From NCBI GenBank assembly GCA_963814585.1, contig CAWFDF010000014.1:224001-288000 (forward strand): a DNA stretch of 64,000 bases, written 5' to 3'. Of this stretch, positions 21,593 through 30,573 are shown piece by piece. The notes below the pieces were generated by a model. The model was not told where the DNA came from, made no database searches, and saw only the letters and a list, made by a program, of their open reading frames with translations. This DNA comes from an uncultured delta proteobacterium. GTDB taxonomy: Bacteria; Myxococcota; Myxococcia; Myxococcales; Anaeromyxobacteraceae. The position numbers and the translations under genes were made by a program. Each line of letters starts with the position of its first letter. Position 1 is the stretch's first letter.

Positions 21593-22399
21593 CTAGCGAA
21601 ACGCGCCTGCGGCGGCGCGGAACGGCACCTGGGTGGCGCCCGCCGGCCTGGGCAAGGCGAAGGTGGAGGCCGGCAGCTCCGGATCCAGCTTCCAGTCGGA
21701 GTAGTCGGCCGCGAAGTGGGGTCGGAGCGGGTGATCGGCGTAGACCACGACCGCCCGGGCCGGGAGCCCGGTGGCGGGGTCGACCCAGAGCTGCAGCTCC
21801 ATCGACGGACTGGCCAGCACCACGTGGTCGGTCCTCGTCCCCCCCACGGTGGACTGGCCGACCAGGCTGGCCTGGGTGAGATTCCTGGTGATGACGGCGA
21901 AGGGGTCGGCGACCAGCAGCTCGTCGAAGGGGAAGGAGAGGTCGCCCTGCTCCCCCGCCGCGACGAGCATGGCGTCGATCGTCGGCGGGGCCGCCGTGGT
22001 CCCCCACAGCCCCTTCCCCGGGTCGACGACGGTCATGGACTTGCCGTCGTAGGCGAAGCGGAACTCGGGCAGGTCGCCGGCCCGGCTGGCGGCCAGCTTG
22101 CCCGGGCGCTGCAGCGCCACGGAGGCGTCGTTGACGAAGGTCGCCAGCGCTCCGCCCCCGACCGGCAGCTCCAGGGAGACGCGCGCCTTGAGCGTGAAGG
22201 CCTTCGCCCCCTGCAGCCGCTCGCTCATCTTCTTGACCAGCGCCAGCGCCCGGGCGTCCTTCTCGGGCGGCGGAGGCGCCGGCACGGCGATGACGGCCAC
22301 CGCCTGGTTCGGCGCGGCGGCCGGCGATGACGGCGAGGCCTTCGGGGCGTCGGCCCCGGCGACGAGCAGCAGGGCGGTGGCCCAGGTGGCAAGCGTCAT
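21593..22399 (-). CDS. DUF2092-like periplasmic protein
   Basis: Signal peptide; 'LVKKMSERL', 'RPGKL', 'FAYDGKS', 'APPTID', 'QLWVD'. Confidence 0.75.
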   Translation of the reverse strand: MTLATWATALLLVAGADAPKASPSSPAAAPNQAVAVIAVPAPPPPEKDARALALVKKMSERLQGAKAFTLKARVSLELPVGGGALATFVNDASVALQRPGKLAASRAGDLPEFRFAYDGKSMTVVDPGKGLWGTTAAPPTIDAMLVAAGEQGDLSFPFDELLVADPFAVITRNLTQASLVGQSTVGGTRTDHVVLASPSMELQLWVDPATGLPARAVVVYADHPLRPHFAADYSDWKLDPELPASTFALPRPAGATQVPFRAAAGAFR

Positions 22400-22589
22400 T
22401 CCGTGTCCCCTTCGCGGCCCATGGCCGGCGGCCGGGAAACATACACCACGCCCGCTCGGTGCGGAGGTCACGGACGGGATCGGCGATCCCGTCTCCACTC
22501 GCCCGGCCCCGCTCCCGCGACCGGGGCCACGCTCGACTCCGCCACCCCGGGGCGGCTAACCTCCGCCGCGAACCCGACCCGGAGGGCGC

Positions 22590-22913
22590 ATGGCCAAGCC
22601 GAAGATCGATGACCTGGTGAAGGGCAAGGGACCGGAGGCCGTCCGCGGCAAGACCGTGGAGGTCCACTACACCGGCTGGCTCACCGACGGGACGAAGTTC
22701 GACTCCTCGGTGGGCGGCGCCCCGTTCTCGTTCTCGCTGGGTGCCGGCGAGGTGATCGAGGGCTGGGACCGAGGCGTGGCTGGCATGAAGGTGGGCGGCA
22801 AGCGCAAGCTCACGCTGCCGCCCGAGCTGGGCTACGGCGCGGCCGGCGCCCCGCCGGACATCCCGCCCGGCGCCACGCTGGTGTTCGAGGTCGAGCTGCT
22901 GGCGGTCTACTGA
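22590..22913 (+). CDS. FKBP-type peptidyl-prolyl cis-trans isomerase
   Basis: '[16 protein letters not shown]', 'VIEGWDRGV', '[14 protein letters not shown]'. Confidence 0.96.
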   Translation: MAKPKIDDLVKGKGPEAVRGKTVEVHYTGWLTDGTKFDSSVGGAPFSFSLGAGEVIEGWDRGVAGMKVGGKRKLTLPPELGYGAAGAPPDIPPGATLVFEVELLAVY

Positions 22914-22969
22914 ACGCTCTGAGGTGCTGCACCGGGCGCGCCCCGGCGCCGGCGCTGTCGCGCTCGCGC

Positions 22970-24419
22970 CTACACCTTCTCGAGGATGGCCCTGAGCAGC
23001 TTCCAGAAATTGGCCACCGAGGGAACGGAGACGTGCTCGTCGGGCGTGTGGACGTCCCACATGCTCGGCCCGATCGAGGCCATCTCCACCGTCCCGTAGT
23101 TCTCGCGGATCAGGCCGCACTCCAGCCCGGCGTGGATGGCCTTGACCTCCATCGCCTTGCCGAACACCTCGGTGTGGACCTGCTGGATCAGCTTCACCAC
23201 GCCGGAGCCCGGCTCCGGCTTCCAGCCCGGGTAGCCGTTGGAGTCGCGCGCCTCGAAGCCGCAGATGGCGGCGATGGCGCCGATGCGGGCGGCCAGCGCG
23301 TACTTGGAGGCGTCGATCGAGCTCCGCGACAGGAAGTTCACCTCCACCTCGCCGGCCCGCGTCTCGACCAGCCCCATGTTGGTGGAGGTCTGGACCAGCC
23401 CCTTGATGTCGGGGCTCATGGCCTCGACGCCGTGCGGCCCGGCCAGCAGCAGCCCGACCACGGCGCGGGCGTCGGCGGCCGACATGGCCCACTCGCCGGT
23501 CCCCGGCTCCAGCCCGATGGCTCACGTTGGGGTCGAAGGCACCGAAGCCGGCCTTCCACTCGGCCTCCAGCCTCGCCACGTCGGCCTTCAGGCCCGCCTC
23601 GTCGCGCGGGTCGGCGAAGATCACGGCCGAGGCCTCGCGGGCGATGGCGTTGCGCTTGTTGCCGCCGGCCACCGAGGCGAGCCCGAGCGGGTAGCGGGCC
23701 ATGAGACGATCGAGCGCCTGGGCCAGGAGGCGCAGCGAGTTGCCCCGCCCGGCGGCGATGTCGATGCCGGAGTGGCCGCCCTTGAGCCCGGAGACCTTGA
23801 GTCGCAGCGCGACGGTGCCGGCGCGAGGCGCGGCCGGAGAGAGCCGGCGCGTGCAGGTGGTGTCGATGCCGCCGGCGCAGCCGATGGTCAGCTCCCCCTC
23901 CTCCTCGCTGTCGAGGTTGAGCATCATCGAGGCCTTGAGCCAGCCGCCGGCGAGCGCCTTGGCGCCCGTCATGCCGGTCTCCTCGTCGGTGGTGATGAGC
24001 ACCTCGAGCGGGCCGTGCTTCAGCTCCGGATCGGCCAGCACCGCCAGCGCCGAGGCCACGCCGATGCCGTTGTCGGCCCCCAGCGTGGTGCCGGTGGCGC
24101 GCAGCACGTCGCCGTCGCGGCGGACCTGGATGGGATCCTTGGCGAAGTCGTGGACCGTCCCCTCGTTCTTCTCGCAGACCATGTCGACGTGGGCCTGCAT
24201 GGCCACCACCGGCCGCCCCTCCCGTCCGGGCGAGGCCGCCTTGCGGACGAGGATGTTGCCGGCCCCGTCCTGCTCCACCTGGCAGCCGATGGCCCTGGCC
24301 TGCGCGACCACCCAGGCCGCGGCGGCCGCCTCCTGCTTGGAGGCGCGGGGAATCCTCGAGAGCTCGAGGAAGTAACGCCAGAGGGGCTTGGGCTCGAGGT
24401 CGGCGAGGAGATCGGTCAC
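22970..24419 (-). pseudogene. pepD: Aminoacyl-histidine dipeptidase (M20C), split by an apparent +1 frameshift near 23519; probably a sequence error
   Basis: 'QAHVDMV', 'TTLGADNGIG', 'TDEETGMTGA', 'NLDSEEEG' in one frame; 'IHAGLECG', 'VHTPDE' in another; one extra base restores the frame. Confidence 0.85.
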
Positions 24420-24459
24420 GTGCAGCCTCCGGCAGCGGGTCGGAAACGGGCGCAGGCTA

Positions 24460-25874
24460 TCAGGTCCGGCGCCGGCGGGTGGAGATGGCGCTGCCCGGCG
24501 GACGGGCCGGGGCGGCGCGGGATCGCGTTCGAGGGCGCTTACCGGGCGGGCGCCGGGACCGGGGCGGGCGCCGGAGCACGTTGGCCGCCGCGGGGGTCCA
24601 GGGGGCCGTGGGCACCGGGACCACCACGGGGGCCAGCGTCGCGCCGGCGCCGTCGCTCTTCACCGCCAGCAGCAGGAACGTGTCGTCCGGACGGCGGTAG
24701 CCGATCATGAACGGCAGTGGCCTCGCCGGCATCGCCTTGCAGGCCTTGTCCAGGTCATCCTGGAAGTAGTTCCCGAACGGCTTCCGCGGCGCCAGGTACC
24801 TGCCGAAGCAGGTGTGCACCCACTCGCCCTTCACGAAGGCCCGGTACGGGATGCCCGAGTCGTCCTCGACCACGGCGGCGCTGGTCTCGAGCAGCAGCGC
24901 CCGCGTCCTGGAGAAGTTGTTGTCGTGGAGGATGAAGGAGGCGGCCTTGAGGAAGCTGTTGGCCGGGCCGAACGACCGGGCCCAGGGCAGGAAGCCGGGC
25001 TGCTTCGCCAGGTCGTCGTTGTAGAGGTTGACGCGCACGTAGACCATCTCCTGCGGCGCCCTGCCCGCGAGGTGGAACTTCACCTTCACCCCGGGAACGC
25101 CCGGCCCCCACTTCTGGCCGGCCGGCCTCTCGCTGGCGACGCCCCGGGCGTCCACCTCGAAGTAGGCGACCTCGTCGATGGTGGCGCCGGACCGGGAGAG
25201 CATCAGGGCGAGGACGGGCAGGATGCCCTTGATGCCGTGCCCCTGGAAGTCGCTCCCCATCTCCGTGGTCCGGAAGAAGCTCCGCTCCACGAAGGTGACC
25301 AGGCTGCTGGAGAGCCGGTCGATCGCCCTGTGGACCTGGCTGAACTTCATCCTCTCCGGGGCCTCGATCTCGCCGACCGGCTCGAGCCCGGCCAGCAGGT
25401 AGACCGGGGCCCGGGGGAAGAGCTTCACGACGTGCGCGGCGTCCGGGCCGCCGAAGAAGTAGATGACGTTGCGGTCGCCCTGGATGCGCGGGGCCAGCTC
25501 GTCCTGCTGCCAGGCGGTGGCCTTCTCGAGCCGGTCGGCGAGGAGCCTCCACTGCTTGTCCATGGTGGCGGCGTGGTCGCGGTAGTCGGGGGTCGCCTGC
25601 CAGGCGGCCAGCGGGGAGCCGGCCGGGACCGGGAGGCCGGCGAGGAACCTGGCCTGGTCGTCGAGCGTCGACGCCGTGGCCGGAGCGGCGGCCATGGAAG
25701 GCGCCGCCGCCACGGCGGGCGGCGGGACGGCCGCCGCGGGGGTGGCGACCGGCGAGGACGGCGGCGCGGGGGCGGCGGCCGGAGCCGGCTCGTTGGCCGA
25801 GGCCGCCAGGGCCGTCAGGGCGGCGAGGAGCGCGCCGAGTCAGGCGCGCGGAGACTGGTGACCCGCAGTGACAT
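24460..25874 (-). CDS. Exported hypothetical protein with Pro/Ala linkers (likely frameshifts near 25840 and possibly 24580)
   Basis: Globular core 'YFFGGPD', 'LAGLEPVG', 'KAASFILH', 'VEDDSGIPY'; GGAG RBS and ATG at 25874 lie out of frame with a signal-like LGALLAALTALAASA. Confidence 0.65.
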
Positions 25875-25984
25875 GGGCTGGATTCTCCGGGGCGCCGCCG
25901 GGGGGAGCGGTCGCGGTGGTCTTCGAGGCGGCGCACCATACAACATCCGGCGACCAGGGCGCCTCCGCGAAGGAGGGAGAGGGC

Positions 25985-27394
25985 TCAGCGCCCCGCGGCC
26001 GAGGCCCGTGCCGCCCAGGCGTCGATCGCCGCCCCGAGCCGGGCCAGCCGCTGGCTGGCGCAGATCGAACGACTCCTCGCAGGGGTGGCGCGGCGCCGCG
26101 GCCCGCTCCGGGTCGACCCAGCGCGTCCCCGCGCTGGAGATCATGGCCACCACGTAACGCCGGGAGGGCTTGCCTGGCAGCGGCTCGACCAGCCCGGCGT
26201 CGGCGGCGAAGTTCCAGGTCAGGCCGGTCTTGTGGAGGAAGCGCACCTCGGCGGCGGCGTTGCAGGGGCGCACGTCGCGGCCGTAGTCGAGCTCCCCCAC
26301 CACCTCCTCGCCGGTCTCGACGTCGAGGAAGTGCGCCGGGACGGCCGCCGGGATCCCGGCCGCCCCGGCGCCGCACTTCGAGCCGGTGGAGAGGATCTCG
26401 TGGCGCGCCTGGTACGCCAGCACCCGCTTCAACCTGGCGCGGGCCGGCTCGGGCAGCGTCTCCCGCACCACCGCCCGGCCCGCCGGCGTCTGCCAGAGCA
26501 CCCCGGGACCGCCGGACACCAGCCAGAGCAGCCGCGCCATGTCCATGGCGGTGGCCTGGATCTCCCCGGGCGCCCAGCGCGAGCCGTCGGCCGGCAGCGT
26601 CCCGTCGATCCGGAGCGTGTGGAGGCCCAGCCCGGCCAGCTCCGCGTTCATCGGCTCCACCTCGCCGCGCACGTGCAGGAAGCGGAGCAGCGCCCGGGTG
26701 GCGCGGTTGTCCGACTCGGTGACCATCAGCTCCAGCCACTCGTCGACGGTGCGCCACTCCGCCCCCGGGGCCGTCCCCTCGGGCACCTCGGCCGAGAGCG
26801 CGATGGCGCCCTGCGCCGCCCGCCGCTCGACGTGGAAGGCGATCAGGAGCTTGAAGAGGCTGGCCGGATAGGGCGCCATGAAGTCGCGGCCCGCGGTCCC
26901 CCGCTCGGGCGCCAGGTCGTCGCCGGCCGTGAAGGGCGGTGCGCGTGGGCCCAGGTCCGCCCGCTCGGCGCTCCAGCGGCGGAACCGGACGTCGGTGGCG
27001 GCGAGGTTGGAGTCGAGCAGCACGACGCGGCCGCGCGGCGCGCTCCAGTCCACCTGCACGTTGGCCGCCTCGACGGCGCGCCCTCGCTCGTCGAGCCGGA
27101 TCACCGCCAGGTCGAGCCACGGTGGGAAGGCGGCACGCCGCAGCGGGATGGGGCAGCCTCGGCCGCCCGGACAGTGACCCTCCTCCGGACCGGCGTCCAC
27201 CAGGTCGTCGAGCCCCGCCTCGTCGAGCGTGAGCAGCAGCGCCTCGGCCAGCGAGGCCGGCTCGGTCCGGACCACCGCCCTGGCGGGCCGGGCGGCTTCC
27301 CCGGCGGCGGGGGCCTGGCCGGGGCCGGCGTGACGGGTGCGGCCAGCAGCAACGCGAGCGCGAGGCCGAGGCTGGCGCCCACGGGATCGCTCAT
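25985..27394 (-). CDS. Serine hydrolase, class A beta-lactamase/PBP fold (apparent frameshifts near 27320 and 26068)
   Basis: SxxK 'ASLFK', SDN 'ESDNRA', KTG 'HKTGL'; ATG 27394 overlaps the peroxidase stop (ATGA); better C terminus ICASQRLARLGAAIDAW in another frame. Confidence 0.75.
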
Positions 27395-27876
27395 CCCTTC
27401 AGCAGCTTCACGATGTCCGCCTCGAGCTTCTCGGGCGGGGTGGCCGGGGCGAACCGCTCCACCACCCGACCCTCCCGATCGAGGAGGAACTTGGTGAAGT
27501 TCCACTTGATGGCCTGGCCGAGCAGGCCCGGCGCCGATCGCTTGAGGAAGTCGAAGACCGGGTGCGCCCCGGCCCCGTTCACCTCGATCTTCCTGAAGAG
27601 CGGGAAGGTGACGCCGAAGTTCCGCTCGCAGAAGGCCGCGATCTCGGCGTCGCTGCCCGGCTCCTGGTGGCCGAACTGGTCGCAGGGGAAGCCGAGGATC
27701 TCCAGCCCCGCGGCCCGGTGGCGCTCATAGAGGGCCTGCAGCCCCTGGTACTGGGGCGTGAAGCCGCACTTGCTGGCGGTGTTGACCACCAGCAGCACCT
27801 TGCCCCGGTAGTCGGAGAGCGGCTGCTCCTTCCCGTCGTTCCGGGTGGCAGCCAGATCGTGGATGGTGTCGGACAT
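27391..27876 (-). CDS. Glutathione peroxidase family protein (Cys type)
   Basis: 'VVNTASKCGFTPQY', 'GFPCDQFGHQEPG', 'IKWNFTKFL'. Confidence 0.96.
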   Translation of the reverse strand: MSDTIHDLAATRNDGKEQPLSDYRGKVLLVVNTASKCGFTPQYQGLQALYERHRAAGLEILGFPCDQFGHQEPGSDAEIAAFCERNFGVTFPLFRKIEVNGAGAHPVFDFLKRSAPGLLGQAIKWNFTKFLLDREGRVVERFAPATPPEKLEADIVKLLKG

Positions 27877-27903
27877 GATGGATCTCCCTGGTTCGCCGCG
27901 TCC

Positions 27904-29272
27904 TCATAACCGACGGCCGGGCCCGGCGCCGCCCTGGATGCCCAGCGCCATCCCCTGCTTTCGCACCACCTCGCGGCGGAACAGCCCGTTGTATCCCCAG
28001 TAGAGGGCCATGCGAAGCGGCGTGCGCAGGTTGGTGCGCGGCTCGAGGAAGCGGCGCACCCGGGAGCCCAGGCCGTTGAAGCGGGACCGCGCCTCCCAGG
28101 CAGACCTCGGTCAGCTGCTGCGGCGTCATGCGGGCCGGCACGAAGGTGGCGTGGTTGAAGCGGAAGTCGGGGTGGAGCCACCAGCGGCCGCCGAAGAGGA
28201 GCCGCCCTTCCTCCGCCAGCCGCCGGTAGAGGGGCGTCCCGGGGTACGGGACGAGGGTGTTGAAGGCGGCGAAGGTGAACTTCTGCGCCAGGGCGAAGTC
28301 CACCAGCTCGCGCACCGAGTCCACCGTGTCCTCGTCGTGACCGATGGTGAAAGCAGCCCAGGTCTGCAGGCCGTGGTGGCGCAGCACCTCCACGGCCTCG
28401 CGGTAGCCGTGGCCGCCGGCGGCCAGGTTGACCGGCTTCCCCATGCCGCGCAGGGTCTGCGGGGCCAGGCTCTCGAAGCCGATGACGTGGCCCAGGCACC
28501 CGCTGCGGGCCATCAGGTCCATCAGCTCCTGGTCCTCGGTCATGTCGACGCTGCCCTGGCTCACCCAGCGCAGCTTGAGCGGGATGAGGGCGCGGAAGAG
28601 CTCCTTGGCGGCGGCCCGGTCGCCCACCACGTTGTCGTCGACGAAGAAGACCATCCTGGCGCGCGCCGCCTGGAGCTCGGCGACGACGTCGGCCACCGGC
28701 CTGGTGTGGACCCGCTGGTGGAAGTAGGCCCCCACCGCGCAGTAGGTGCAGCCGTGCGGACAGCCGCGGGCGAACTGCGCCAGCGTCACCGGCAGGTAGT
28801 CCTTGCCATGGAAGAGGTCGCGGCGCGGCAGCACGCCGCGCTGACCGGCCCCGGCGGGGAAGTCGTAGCGCGGGCGGAGCCGGCCGGCGGCCGCGTCGGC
28901 CACCACCTCGGCCCACCCCCCCTCGGCGTCGCCGGTGTACACCGCGTCGGCGTGCTCGGCCACCTCCTCCGGCGCCAGGGTGGCGTGGAAGCCCCCCATC
29001 ACCACCTTGACGCCGCGGCGCCGGTACTCCGCGGCGATCTGGTAGGCGCGCCGGGCGGTGAAGGTCTCCACCGTGAGGGCCGCCAGGTCGGTGGGCCGGC
29101 CGTAGGGGACCTGCTCCACGCGGTCGTCCACCAGCGCCACCTCCACGCCGGGTGGGGTCAGCGCCGCCAGCACGCCGAGCTGGAGCGGCTCCATGCGGCT
29201 CTCGTCGACGCCGACGCGGTCCGCGGGGTGGCCCAGGTCGGGGCGGATCAACGTGACGTGCATCGGTCTCAT
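27904..29272 (-). CDS. Cobalamin-binding radical SAM protein B (apparent +1 frameshift near 28099)
   Basis: CX3CX2C 'RGCPHGCTYC', N-terminal B12-binding-like domain ('VVMGGFHAT'), 'FFVDDN', 'PYPGTPL'; corrected C terminus 'FRREVVRKQGMALG' parallels protein A. Confidence 0.85.
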
Positions 29273-30573
29273 CCCCCCAGCGCCCGCCCCTGCTTGCGGC
29301 GGATCTCCCGGCGCGACACCAGGTTGGCCCCCAGGTAGAGGGCGGCGCTGGCCAGCGTCCGGGTGTTGGCCTGGCGATCCAGGGCGCGCCAGGCGATGGA
29401 GCGCCAGCCGGAGAAGCGGCGGCGAGCGCGGTAGATCCCCTCGGCCAGCTGAACCGGCGTCATGCGAGCCGGCACGAACTGGGCCGAGCCGTAACGGTAG
29501 GCCTCGTCGAGCCACCAGGGGTCGCCGAGCAGGCGTCCCTCGGCCTGGAGCCGCTGGTAGAGCGGGGTCCCCGGCGTGGGGGTGAGCGGGTTGAAGTTGG
29601 CCACGAAGAGCCGGTGCTCCAGCGCGAAGGCCAGGGCCGCCTCGATCGCCTCCGGCCCGTCGTGGTCGTAGCCGAACACGAAGGTGCCGTAGACCATGAT
29701 GCCGCGGGCCCGCAACCGGGCGATGCACTCCGCGTAGGAGGGGCCCAGCCGGTTCCAGGACTTGCGCATCTCCCGAAGGCTCTCCGGGTCGAGCGACTCG
29801 AAGCCGAGCAGGACCGTCCCGCAGCCGGCGGCGGCCAGCAGGTCGGCGCTGGACTCGTCGGCCAGGGCGTCGATGGAGATCTGCGCGCCCCAGCGCTTGC
29901 CGGCCGCGGGCAGCGCGGCGAGCAGCGCCAGCGCCGCCGCCGGGTCGGCGAAGAGGTTGTCGTCGACGAAGAAGGCGAACCGCCCCGGCAGCGCCGCCAC
30001 CTCGGCCACCGTCTCCTCCACCGGCCGGTGACGATAGGTGGTGCCGGAGAGGGCGTGGATGGAGCAGAAGTCGCAAGCGTGACGACAGCCTCGCCCGAAC
30101 TGGACCAGCGGCCAGCGCAGGTACCCCTTGCCCGCGAAGAGGGCCCGGTCGACCCGCACCCCCTGCAGCCCGGGCGGCGCCTCGGCCCGGTAGCGCTGCC
30201 GGAGCCTGCCGGCCGCGGCGTCGGCGACCACCTGCGGCCAGAGCGCCTCGGCGTCGCCGATCACCACCGCGTCGGCGTGGCCCGCCGCCTCGTCCGGCAC
30301 CAGGCTGGCGTGGTGGCCGCCCATCACCACCGGCAGGCCGCGCCGGCGGAAGGCGTCGGCCAGCTGGTAGGCGCGCCGGGCCGTGTAGGTCTGGACCGTG
30401 ATGCCGACCAGGTCGGCGTCCGGCGCCGCCGGCAGCGGCTCCACCCGCTCGTCGAGCAGCGTCACCCGGTGGCCGGCCGGGGTCAGCGCCGAGACGATCC
30501 CCAGCGCCAGCGGCGCCATGGCGTCGCCGGCGCGGACGGCCCCGGCATTGGGCTGGACCAGGGCGATCCTCAT
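29269..30573 (-). CDS. Cobalamin-binding radical SAM protein A
   Basis: 'RGCRHACDFC', 'VVMGGHHAS', 'FFVDDN', 'TPTPGTPL'; ATGA-coupled to both neighbours. Confidence 0.9.
   Translation of the reverse strand: MRIALVQPNAGAVRAGDAMAPLALGIVSALTPAGHRVTLLDERVEPLPAAPDADLVGITVQTYTARRAYQLADAFRRRGLPVVMGGHHASLVPDEAAGHADAVVIGDAEALWPQVVADAAAGRLRQRYRAEAPPGLQGVRVDRALFAGKGYLRWPLVQFGRGCRHACDFCSIHALSGTTYRHRPVEETVAEVAALPGRFAFFVDDNLFADPAAALALLAALPAAGKRWGAQISIDALADESSADLLAAAGCGTVLLGFESLDPESLREMRKSWNRLGPSYAECIARLRARGIMVYGTFVFGYDHDGPEAIEAALAFALEHRLFVANFNPLTPTPGTPLYQRLQAEGRLLGDPWWLDEAYRYGSAQFVPARMTPVQLAEGIYRARRRFSGWRSIAWRALDRQANTRTLASAALYLGANLVSRREIRRKQGRALGG

Noticed and set aside
21210..24419. 1069-aa ORF looking like a PepD fusion
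   Set aside because: Artefact of the pepD frameshift running on through other genes into the small secreted gene at 21210-21581
27391..27876. Selenocysteine glutathione peroxidase
   Set aside because: The active-site codon is TGC (Cys); no in-frame TGA
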